Positions 33,159 through 40,974 of a stretch of 64,000 nt of DNA are shown here, one piece after another. The DNA is taken from positions 1,870-65,869 of the forward strand of contig JACQDL010000039.1 of NCBI GenBank assembly GCA_016201065.1, given 5' to 3'. How positions within the stretch are numbered: position 1 is the first letter of the stretch; the number at the start of each line of letters is the position of its first letter. The notes under the pieces are model-generated. The model saw only the letters and a list, made by a program, of their open reading frames with translations. It had not been told where the DNA came from and did no database searches. Source of the stretch: Actinomycetota bacterium (GTDB taxonomy: Bacteria; Actinomycetota; Actinomycetes; Mycobacteriales; JACQDL01). A program made the position numbers and the translations under genes.

Positions 33159-33171
33159 GTATCGTGGGCGC

Positions 33172-34455
33172 GTGAACACCAATGCTTGGCTCCCCGGCGC
33201 CCACCGGCGGATACGTCCCCGGCGCGCCACAGACGCTGTCCGCGAGGCCCTGGCCGACACCAGGGTCGTGCTGGTCAACGGCGCCCGGCAGGCCGGCAAG
33301 AGCACCCTGGTGCGGCTCGTCGCCCAGGACCGCGCCGCCGAGTGGCGCACCCTGGACGACCCCGCCACGTTGCATGCGGCGACCGAGGACCCGACTGGGT
33401 TCGTCGACAGCGGCGGGTTGATGGTCATTGACGAGATCCAACGCGCACCAGAGCTGCTGCTCGCGATCAAACGACGGGTGGACCTCGACCAGGCTCCCGG
33501 CCAGTTCCTGCTGACCGGCTCGGCCCGGGTGCTGGGCCTGCGGCAGCTGCCGGACACCCTGCCGGGGCGGATGGAGACCATCGAGTTGTGGCCCTTCTCT
33601 CAGGGTGAGATCGACGAGGTGCCGGACACCTTCGTCGACGCGGTGTTCACCCTGGGCGCGGAGCGGCGCCACGCCTCCCGGGTCACCCGTACCGAGTACG
33701 CCGAGCGGCTCGTCCGCGGAGGCTTCCCCGAGGCGGTCGCCCGCACCCAACCCACGCGACGGCAACGGTTCCTCGACTCCTATGTTGCCGACCTCATCAG
33801 CCGCGACGTGACCCAGCTAAGCGAGATCGAGCGAACCAGCGAGATGGCGGCGCTGGTCCGGCTGCTGGCGGCCCGCTCCGGGCAACTCCTCGTGCCCACC
33901 ACGGTCGGCAGCGAGGCGCGGCTTCCGCAGCGAACCGTCGAGCGCTACCTCGCTCTGTTGGAGGAGGTCTTCCTGATCAAACGGATACCCGCGTGGTCCC
34001 GCAACCTCGGCACCCGGGCCACCGCGACCCGCAAACTTGCCCTTACCGACTCCGGGGTTGCCGCCAACCTGCTCGGCACCACCCCGCGCCACCTGCTCAG
34101 GCCCGGCGGAGCGTTCGGGCCGCTACTCGAAGGGTTCGTGTTGATGGAGATCGCCCGGCAACTCTCCTGGAGCAGCCAGCGGGCAGACCTCTACCACTAC
34201 CGCACCCGCGACAACGTCGAGGTCGACGCCGTGATCGAGAACCGGCGGGGCGAGGTGGTCGCGATCGAGGTCAAGGCGGCCTCCACGGTCCGTACCGAGG
34301 ACTTCCGTGGCCTGCGCCACCTGCAACAACGACTCGGCGACGAGCTCATTGCCGGTCTCGTGCTCTACACCGGGGACCAGACGCTGCCCTTCGGTCCCCG
34401 CCTGCGCGCGATGCCGGTCAGCGCCCTCTGGCAAGCCACCACACCCACACCGTGA
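33172..34455 (+). CDS. AAA+ ATPase, DUF4143-containing (AAA_14 family, COG1373-like)
   Basis: ORF 33088..34455 trimmed to GTG 33172 (VNTNAWLPG...). Walker [12 protein letters not shown] and Walker B LMVIDEIQ are present. C-terminal [10 protein letters not shown]...[14 protein letters not shown]...VVAIEVKAA is a DUF4143/restriction-endonuclease-like fold pattern. Confidence 0.85.
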   Translation: MNTNAWLPGAHRRIRPRRATDAVREALADTRVVLVNGARQAGKSTLVRLVAQDRAAEWRTLDDPATLHAATEDPTGFVDSGGLMVIDEIQRAPELLLAIKRRVDLDQAPGQFLLTGSARVLGLRQLPDTLPGRMETIELWPFSQGEIDEVPDTFVDAVFTLGAERRHASRVTRTEYAERLVRGGFPEAVARTQPTRRQRFLDSYVADLISRDVTQLSEIERTSEMAALVRLLAARSGQLLVPTTVGSEARLPQRTVERYLALLEEVFLIKRIPAWSRNLGTRATATRKLALTDSGVAANLLGTTPRHLLRPGGAFGPLLEGFVLMEIARQLSWSSQRADLYHYRTRDNVEVDAVIENRRGEVVAIEVKAASTVRTEDFRGLRHLQQRLGDELIAGLVLYTGDQTLPFGPRLRAMPVSALWQATTPTP

Positions 34456-34483
34456 CCACGCGCCCCACACCGCACATGCCCCA

Positions 34484-34533
34484 GCGCCGCGGGTCAGTCC
34501 CGGCGGAATGGGCTGCGGGCCGGCCGCCGCAGG
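34484..34533. repeat. 50-bp direct repeat, copy 2 (native 3' end of the CN-hydrolase gene)
   Basis: gcgccgcggGtcagtcccggcggaatgggctgcgggccggccgccgcagg. It covers the last 12 codons plus stop of ORF 34494..35399. Confidence 0.9.
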
Positions 34534-35399
34534 TCGTCGAGGTGCCGCTCGACCAACGCCAGGTTGCGGTTGGCGAGGTGGTCGAACCGCTGCGGGATGT
34601 TCGAGCCGGGGGTGAGGCTCGCCAGCGCGGTCGCCGGCTCCAGCCGGGCGCTGACCCAGCCCTGGTGGCTGGCCGCCCGGGCCACCACCTCCGCGATCGG
34701 GGTGACGATCATCGAGTTGCCGAAGTACAGCACGCCCGCAGGGTCGGTGCCGGTGGCGTTGGCCGCCACGACGTAGACGTGGTTGTCGTAGGCGCGGGCC
34801 CGGTTGGTCAGCTCCCAGATGTCCGCCGAGCGGAGCAGCGCCGAGGGGCGGCAGATCAGCTCGGCGCCGAGCACCGCCTCGGCCCGGGCCAGCTCCGGGT
34901 AGTCGCCGTCGAAGCAGATCATCAGCCCGATCCGGCCGAGGTCGGTGTCCACCACGACCGCCTCGTCACCCGGGGTGACCCAGCCGCCGTCGGCCCGGTC
35001 CTCCCCGCTGAACAGGTGGGTCTTGTGGTACGTCCCGAGGATGTCGCCGGTCGGCCCGATGAGCACCGCGGCGTTGTGCACCACGCCCCGCTCGTCGCCG
35101 CGCGCGTAGCTGCCGAGCACGACGTGCACCGACCGCCGCCGGGCCGCCTCCTGCACCGGTTCGGTGATCGGACCCGGGACCGCGCTGACCAGGTCCCACA
35201 GCTGCTCCGGCGGGAGGCCCGGCGTGAAGCCGGTGGTCGCCGTCTCCGGCAGCACCACCAGCTCGGCACCGGTGGCGTCCACCGCACGGTGGAGGTGATC
35301 GACGCAGTTGTCGAGGTTCGCCTTGATCGTCTCCGCCGACAGCGGGCCGGCCGCCGGGGCAACCTGCACCGCGGCCACGGTCATCGCGCGCATCGCCAC
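34494..35399 (-). CDS. carbon-nitrogen hydrolase family protein (nitrilase/amidase superfamily)
   Basis: ORF 34494..35399. The catalytic triad context [11 protein letters not shown] (Glu), YHKTHLF (Lys), [12 protein letters not shown] (Cys) is present. Confidence 0.88.
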   Translation of the reverse strand: MAMRAMTVAAVQVAPAAGPLSAETIKANLDNCVDHLHRAVDATGAELVVLPETATTGFTPGLPPEQLWDLVSAVPGPITEPVQEAARRRSVHVVLGSYARGDERGVVHNAAVLIGPTGDILGTYHKTHLFSGEDRADGGWVTPGDEAVVVDTDLGRIGLMICFDGDYPELARAEAVLGAELICRPSALLRSADIWELTNRARAYDNHVYVVAANATGTDPAGVLYFGNSMIVTPIAEVVARAASHQGWVSARLEPATALASLTPGSNIPQRFDHLANRNLALVERHLDDLRRPARSPFRRD

Positions 35400-35403
35400 T
35401 CCT

Positions 35404-35458
35404 CGCCTCGCCCGTCGTCGCCGTTGGTCGCCCCGCCTCGCCCGCCGTCGCCGTTCGT
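35404..35458. repeat. approximately 30-bp tandem duplication in the CN-hydrolase/mprA intergenic region
   Basis: 35404-35428 (cgcctcgcccgtcgtcgccgttggt) versus 35434-35458 (cgcctcgcccgccgtcgccgttcgt): period 30, 2 mismatches in 25. Confidence 0.75.
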
Positions 35459-35486
35459 ACTGCCGGCGCCGGCTCGCCGGCGCACC

Positions 35487-35505
35487 TCTCAGCCAGTCCT
35501 CAGGG
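35487..35505 (+). promoter_or_regulatory. direct repeat TCTCAGCC-N2-TCCTCAGGG (CTCAG cores 11 bp apart), candidate MprA autoregulatory box
   Basis: CTCAG at 35488-35492 and 35499-35503, 20-40 nt upstream of the mprA GTG. It resembles the tandem CTCAG-containing MprA box as I recall it from M. tuberculosis. Confidence 0.35.
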
Positions 35506-35525
35506 CTCGGACGCAGACTAGTCCG

Positions 35526-36227
35526 GTGCGGATACTGGTGGTGGACGATGATCGGCCGGTCCGCGAGTCACTGCGACGGTCGCTGACCTTCAACGGCTTT
35601 GACGTCGAGGTGGCCGCCGACGGCGCGGAAGCCCTGGCGCGGCTGTCGCCACACCGGGTGGGCGCCGAGTTCCCCGACGCCGTCGTGCTGGATGTGATGA
35701 TGCCCCGGCTGGACGGTCTGGAGACCTGCCGGCGGTTGCGCGCGGCCGGCTCGGACGTGCCGGTGCTGATGCTGACCGCCCGGGACGCGGTCGCCGAACG
35801 GGTCGCCGGCCTCGACGCGGGCGCCGACGACTACCTGCCGAAACCGTTCGCGCTGGAGGAGCTGCTGGCCCGGCTGCGGGCACTGCTGCGGCGGACGGCC
35901 CGGCCCGGCGAGTCCGGCCGGGAGGTGCTGCGGTACGCCGACCTGTCCGTGGACCTCGCCAGCCGGGACGTGACCCGGGGCGAGCGGTCGATGCGGCTGA
36001 CCCGGACCGAGTTCGCGCTGCTGGAGCTGCTCGCCCGGCACCCGAGGCAGGTGCTCACCCGGGCCCAGATCCTGCACGAGGTCTGGGGCTACGACTTCCC
36101 CACCACGGAGAACTCGCTGGAGGTCTACATCGGGTACCTGCGGCGCAAGACGGAGGCCGGCGGCGAGCCCAGGTTGATCCACACCGTCCGCGGCGTGGGA
36201 TACCTGCTGCGCGACACGCCGCCATGA
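35526..36227 (+). CDS. mprA: OmpR-family response regulator MprA
   Basis: C-terminal 233 aa of ORF 33993..36227 from GTG 35526 ([30 protein letters not shown]...[12 protein letters not shown]...[26 protein letters not shown]...[20 protein letters not shown]). Near-collinear with M. tuberculosis MprA from memory. Confidence 0.92.
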   Translation: MRILVVDDDRPVRESLRRSLTFNGFDVEVAADGAEALARLSPHRVGAEFPDAVVLDVMMPRLDGLETCRRLRAAGSDVPVLMLTARDAVAERVAGLDAGADDYLPKPFALEELLARLRALLRRTARPGESGREVLRYADLSVDLASRDVTRGERSMRLTRTEFALLELLARHPRQVLTRAQILHEVWGYDFPTTENSLEVYIGYLRRKTEAGGEPRLIHTVRGVGYLLRDTPP

Positions 36228-37651
36228 CGAGTCCAGCCGGCGACCCCCGGGCCGGCCCCCGCCTGCGGGCCGGCCCCAGCCCCCGTGCCGGCCTCAGCCT
36301 GCGGGCCCGGGTCGGGCTGCTGGTGGGCATCGCGGTCGGCGCGGCGGTGGCATTGACCGCGACGGCGGCGTACGTGACCGCACGCCACCAGCTCACCCGG
36401 CACGCCGAACAGGTCCTGATCGATCGCGCCCGGGCGGCCGCGGCCAACCTGCGGGCCGATCCGCAGGCGATCGGCTCGCTGCCCAGCGCGGCCTTCGGGG
36501 TCGCGTCCGACGTGCGGATCGCGATCCTCGACGCGCAGGGCCACGAGTTCGTCGCGGCGAACTCGGTGGCACCGCCGGTGGGCGGCGCCGAACTCGAGGT
36601 GGCGCAGATCGGCGCCGCGGGGTCGCTGCGGACCACGGTCGACGCCGGGGTGCGCTACCGGGTGGTGGCGGTGCCGGTGGTGCGGGGCAGCGCGCTGGTG
36701 CTGGCCCAGCCGACCCGGGAGACCGACCTGGAGCTCGGCGGGCTGGGCGTGGTCATGCTCGTGGTCGGCGGCGTCGGTGTGGTGCTCGCCGCGTCGGTGG
36801 GCGCGGCCATCGCCCGCGCCGGGCTGGCGCCGGTGGAGCGGTTGACCGCCGCCGCCGAGCGGGTGGCCCGCACCGAGCGGCTGGAGCCGATCCCGGTCGT
36901 CGGCGGTGACGAGCTGGCCCGGCTGACGGTCAGCTTCAACGCGATGCTCGCCGCGCTGGCCCGGTCCCGGGCGCGGCAGCAGCAGCTCGTCGCGGACGCC
37001 GGCCACGAGCTCCGCACTCCGCTGACCAGCCTGCGGACCAACCTCGACCTGCTCGCCCAGTCCCAGCAACAGGACGGTCCACGCCTCACGCCGGCCGACG
37101 CCGCGGAGTTGCTGGCCGACGTGCGGGCCCAGGTCGCCGAGCTGTCCGCGTTGGTCGGTGACCTGGTCGAGCTCGCCCGCGACGATCCGCCACCGCTGAT
37201 GTCGGCTCCGGTGGAGCTGCTCGACGTGCTCGCTCGGGCGCTGGACCGGGTACGACGGCGGGCGCCGGCCGTCCGGTGGCAGATCGACACCCGGCCGTGG
37301 ACGGTGCGCGGCGACGCCACCGCGCTCGAACGGGCGGTCACGAACCTGCTGGACAACGCGGCGAAGTGGAGCCCGGCGGGCGCGGTCGTGACGGTGACCC
37401 TGGCCGACGGGCTGCTGTCGGTGGCCGACGAAGGGCCCGGCATCGCCCAGGCGGACCTGCCACACGTGTTCGAGCGCTTCTACCGGTCACCGGAGGGGCG
37501 GGGGCAGCCCGGATCGGGGCTGGGGCTGGCGATCGTGCGCCAGGTCGCGGAGCGGCACGGCGGCTGGGTCACCGCCGGGCGCTCCGCGGGCGACGGCGCG
37601 CTGTTCCGGCTGTGGTTGCCGGGGAGCCCCGCGGACGCCACGATTCGTTAA
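36224..37651 (+). CDS. mprB: HAMP-domain sensor histidine kinase MprB
   Basis: ORF 36224..37651. Two TM segments, HAMP, H-box [15 protein letters not shown], plus [16 protein letters not shown] and [13 protein letters not shown] overlap with mprA. Confidence 0.88.
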   Translation: MTSPAGDPRAGPRLRAGPSPRAGLSLRARVGLLVGIAVGAAVALTATAAYVTARHQLTRHAEQVLIDRARAAAANLRADPQAIGSLPSAAFGVASDVRIAILDAQGHEFVAANSVAPPVGGAELEVAQIGAAGSLRTTVDAGVRYRVVAVPVVRGSALVLAQPTRETDLELGGLGVVMLVVGGVGVVLAASVGAAIARAGLAPVERLTAAAERVARTERLEPIPVVGGDELARLTVSFNAMLAALARSRARQQQLVADAGHELRTPLTSLRTNLDLLAQSQQQDGPRLTPADAAELLADVRAQVAELSALVGDLVELARDDPPPLMSAPVELLDVLARALDRVRRRAPAVRWQIDTRPWTVRGDATALERAVTNLLDNAAKWSPAGAVVTVTLADGLLSVADEGPGIAQADLPHVFERFYRSPEGRGQPGSGLGLAIVRQVAERHGGWVTAGRSAGDGALFRLWLPGSPADATIR

Positions 37652-37770
37652 TGTCCCCTATGTGGGGCACGGCGTGGCGTCCTTGTGGCGGCAGCCGGGG
37701 CCACCGCATTCGTTGGCTCTACTCATCAAACATTCAGCTTCCTCTCAGCCCGGCGAGGAATGGTGGGCGC

Positions 37771-39414
37771 ATGGCAGACGAGACGGCACCGTCGACGGAC
37801 CGGCCGGCGGAGAGCGCGACCGGCGGCAACCGGTCCGACGCTGCGCCGGCACCCGGTGGCCGGCAGCCTGCCGAGGAGGTCGTGTACGACATCACCTCCT
37901 TCGGGGCCGCCGCCGCAGCCGCGGCCAGACCGGTCCGGCCCAGAATGGACCCGGACGGGCCGTCGTTCCCCGGGGTGTCGGGAGCGGCGTACGACCCGAT
38001 CTTCGCGCAGGACGGATGGCCGGCACCGGACGCCGGACCCGACCGCCCCGCCGGGGGTGACGAGCAGGCCCTGACCCCGCCGCCACCCTGGTCGCACGCG
38101 GCCGCGAGTCACGCCGGCAGCCACGTCGGCGGGGACGCCCCGCCGGACGATCAGGGCGGCTGGTTCGCCCCACCCGACCGCACGGCGCCCGACCCGGGCC
38201 CGCAGGACGCGCCGCCACCGCACGACCCCCTGCCGGTCGACCACGACCCGGTGCCAGTCGACCACGGCCATGTGCCGGTCGAGCGGGTCCCGCTGGTCCC
38301 GCCGGCGCTGACCGGTGGCCCGCTGTACCGCAGGCCGCCCCGCCGGAGGTTCCCGGTACTGGCGATCGTGCTGGTCACGGCGGTCGGCGGCGGCGCCGCG
38401 GGCGCGGTCATCGACCGGACGGTCCTCGGCCAGCGCACCGTGATCAGCGCGCTGGCGACACCGCCGCTGTCGATCCAGGACACCGGGACCGCTCCGTCCG
38501 GATCGGTGCAGCAGGTCGCCCAGGCCGTGCTGCCCAGCGTCGTGTCGGTCGTGGTCAGCGCCGGCCAGAACGGCGGCGAGGGCAGCGGCGTCGTGCTGAC
38601 CTCGGACGGGTTGATCCTCACCAACAACCACGTGGTCAGCTCGGCGGCCACGGGCGGTCGGATCACCGTGCAGTTCCACGACGGGCGGAGCGCGCAGGCC
38701 AGCATCGTCGGTCGGGACCCGCTGACCGACCTCGCCGTGATAAAGGCCGAGTCGGTCAGCGGTCTGCGGCCGGCGACGTTCGGGAGGTCCTCCGACCTCG
38801 CGGTCGGGCAGACCGTGGTGGCGATCGGCTCACCGCTGGGGCTGTCCGGGACGGTCACCTCGGGGATCGTCAGCGCGCTGGATCGCCCGGTCCGCACCGG
38901 TGACGCCCAGTCCGGTGTCCAGGACACCGTGATCGACGCCATCCAGACGGACGCGGCGATCAACCCGGGCAACTCCGGTGGCCCGCTGGTCAACCTCCGC
39001 GGCTACGTCGTCGGGATCAACTCGGCGATCGCCAGCCTCGGTCAGGGCAGTGGCAGCCAGTCCGGCAGCATCGGCCTGGGCTTCGCGATCCCGACCGACG
39101 AGGCGCAACCCATCGCCCAGCAGCTGGCCACGTCGGGCCAGGCCACCCACGCCCAGCTCGGCGTGTCGGTCCGGGACGCCGACGGCGGCGGCGCCACGGT
39201 GATGGAGGTGACCGCGGGTGGCCCGGCGGACAAGGCGGGGCTGCGCACCGGCGACGTGGTGACCAAGGTGGAGGAGCGGACCATCGACGGCGCGGACGCG
39301 CTCGTCGCGGCGGTCCGCTCGCACCGGCCGGGTGAGCGGATCGTGGTGACCTACGTCCGCGACGGACGCCCGGCCACCGCGACCGCGACGCTCGGCGCGC
39401 AGACGACCAGCTGA
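37771..39414 (+). CDS. pepD: HtrA/PepD-type trypsin-like serine protease with PDZ domain
   Basis: ORF 37276..39414 trimmed to ATG 37771 (MADETAPSTDRP...). Long Pro-rich N-terminal region, one TM (VLAIVLVTAVGGGAAGAV), the catalytic triad context TNNHVV, DLAVIK, GNSGGPLV, and a C-terminal PDZ. Confidence 0.9.
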   Translation: MADETAPSTDRPAESATGGNRSDAAPAPGGRQPAEEVVYDITSFGAAAAAAARPVRPRMDPDGPSFPGVSGAAYDPIFAQDGWPAPDAGPDRPAGGDEQALTPPPPWSHAAASHAGSHVGGDAPPDDQGGWFAPPDRTAPDPGPQDAPPPHDPLPVDHDPVPVDHGHVPVERVPLVPPALTGGPLYRRPPRRRFPVLAIVLVTAVGGGAAGAVIDRTVLGQRTVISALATPPLSIQDTGTAPSGSVQQVAQAVLPSVVSVVVSAGQNGGEGSGVVLTSDGLILTNNHVVSSAATGGRITVQFHDGRSAQASIVGRDPLTDLAVIKAESVSGLRPATFGRSSDLAVGQTVVAIGSPLGLSGTVTSGIVSALDRPVRTGDAQSGVQDTVIDAIQTDAAINPGNSGGPLVNLRGYVVGINSAIASLGQGSGSQSGSIGLGFAIPTDEAQPIAQQLATSGQATHAQLGVSVRDADGGGATVMEVTAGGPADKAGLRTGDVVTKVEERTIDGADALVAAVRSHRPGERIVVTYVRDGRPATATATLGAQTTS

Positions 39415-39455
39415 GCAGACGACCAACTGACCGGACCACAAGCCTGTTCCCACCA

Positions 39456-39491
39456 GGACCGGTCGGCCGCACCCCTGCGGCCGACCGGTCC
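39456..39491. terminator. perfect 16-bp-stem hairpin between convergent pepD and VOC genes (bidirectional terminator candidate)
   Basis: ggaccggtcggccgca (39456-39471), loop cccc, tgcggccgaccggtcc (39476-39491). The arms are exact reverse complements. Confidence 0.7.
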
Positions 39492-39505
39492 GACCAACCG
39501 GGAAT

Positions 39506-39539
39506 GCCGTCAGGAGAACACCGCCGTCAGGAGAACACC
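39506..39539. repeat. perfect 17-bp tandem duplication including the VOC gene stop codon
   Basis: gccgtcaggagaacacc occurs at 39506-39522 and again at 39523-39539. The ORF-track stops at 39510 and 39527 are the two copies of the same tca. Confidence 0.9.
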
Positions 39540-39886
39540 GCGATGCAGAACTGGTGACCGGCCGGGTCGTTGAGGACCCGCCACTTCTCCCCGCCCGGCT
39601 GGTACTCCGGCTTGGTGGCACCGAGCTCCAGCAGCTGCTTCTCGGCGTCGTCCATGTCCTGGACGCTGAAGTCCAGGTGGAACTGCTTCGCCGAGCTCGG
39701 CCAGCTCGGTGCGGTGTGGTCGGCGACCCGTTGGAAGGCCAGCCGCGGCGTCCCACCGGGACCGATGTAGGTGACGTCGTCGCTGCTGAAGATGACGTCC
39801 CAGCCGGTGACCTTGGAGTAGAACTCGGCGAGCTCCTTCGGGTCCCGGGCGTCCAGCGTGGTGGCGGCAAGTTCGCCGATGGGCAT
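39527..39886 (-). CDS. VOC (glyoxalase/bleomycin-resistance/dioxygenase) family protein
   Basis: ORF 39527..39886. Carries LDARDPKELAEFYSKVTGW...PRLAFQRV...HLDFSVQDMDDAEKQLLELGA...WRVLNDPAGHQFCI. Confidence 0.85.
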   Translation of the reverse strand: MPIGELAATTLDARDPKELAEFYSKVTGWDVIFSSDDVTYIGPGGTPRLAFQRVADHTAPSWPSSAKQFHLDFSVQDMDDAEKQLLELGATKPEYQPGGEKWRVLNDPAGHQFCIAVFS

Positions 39887-39937
39887 CTCCGCGTTCCTTC
39901 CTGACGTGGGTGCGCGCCGAGTCGGGTTCGCGGGCGG

Positions 39938-40894
39938 TCACCGGCCGCGGCCGTCGATCACCGCGAGCGGCCCCGCGCGACCCAGCCGGCGCCGTGCGAC
40001 GCAGCGTAACCGCGCACCCCGGTCCGGGTGACGGGGCCCCCGGTTGGGCCATCGCCAATGGCCCGCAGTGATCACCACCAGCGCCGCCGCCGTCAGCCCG
40101 AGGCCGAGCGCGCGGCGAGCGGTGCACGGCTCGTGCAGCAGCACTATCCCGACCACGGCGGCGACGACCGGCTCGGCGAGCACCAGGCCGCCGACGTGCG
40201 CCAGCGGTACGGCGCGCAGTCCCCTGCCGTAGGCGACGTAGGCGCCCATCGTCGCGACCACCGCCAGGTACCCGACCACCGCGATCCCCCGCCCCGTCCC
40301 CAGCCAGCCCTGCTGGCCCACGACGAGGACCGGGCTGAGCAGCAGGCCGGCGGTGCCGAAGGCGAACGCCATGACGGTGCTCGACCGAACCCCGCCCGTG
40401 ACGGCACGCGAGGATGCGGCGGTGAACCCGATGTACGCGGCGCCCGCGGCGACCCCGAACAGGACGCCGAGCACCATCCGGGCGCCGGCGGCGGCTGGCC
40501 CGCCGGCGAGCAAGAGGCAACCACCGATCGCGAGCCCTGTCGAGACCGCCCAGCGGTGACCCGGCCGGCGCCGCCGGCTCAGCGCCTCCAGCGCACCCCC
40601 GAACACCGGCACGGTGCACATCGTCACCACCACGCCGGTGGCGACACCGGCGCGGCCCAGCGCCAAGAAGAACAACCCCTGGTACGCCGCCATCGCCACA
40701 CCAGCGGTGAGCACCCGGCGCCGGCTGACCGGGTCGGCGAGGACCGCGCCGACCTCGGCCGGCCGGCAGCAGAACGCCAGCAGCAACGCCCCACCGACCG
40801 CCGTACGGGCGGCAGCCACCGCCACCGCTGGTACCGAACCGGGCAGGAACGACCTGGCCAGCCCGATCGTGCCCCAGAGCGACGCCGCGAGCAC
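39938..40894 (-). CDS. EamA/DMT-superfamily transporter
   Basis: C-terminal part of the artefactual 891-aa ORF 39938..42613. About 10 TM helices are present, with LAASLWGTIG at the N-terminus. The first canonical start is GTG 40894. No ATG/GTG/TTG lies between it and the upstream gene stop at 40975. Confidence 0.75.
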   Translation of the reverse strand: MLAASLWGTIGLARSFLPGSVPAVAVAAARTAVGGALLLAFCCRPAEVGAVLADPVSRRRVLTAGVAMAAYQGLFFLALGRAGVATGVVVTMCTVPVFGGALEALSRRRRPGHRWAVSTGLAIGGCLLLAGGPAAAGARMVLGVLFGVAAGAAYIGFTAASSRAVTGGVRSSTVMAFAFGTAGLLLSPVLVVGQQGWLGTGRGIAVVGYLAVVATMGAYVAYGRGLRAVPLAHVGGLVLAEPVVAAVVGIVLLHEPCTARRALGLGLTAAALVVITAGHWRWPNRGPRHPDRGARLRCVARRRLGRAGPLAVIDGRGR

Positions 40895-40974
40895 GATCGC
40901 CCCGCTCCCGCACGCTGCCTCGCGGTGCTCGGCGGCTCGCGCCGTCCGTGACCCGACCCGGAGGCTGCCGGGGC

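Noticed and set aside
33993-36227. 744-aa plus-strand ORF covering the DUF4143 3' end, the CN-hydrolase antisense strand and mprA
   Set aside because: Only the last 233 aa (MprA) have protein-like composition and motifs. The remainder is Arg/Pro-rich shadow sequence opposite or overlapping better-supported genes.
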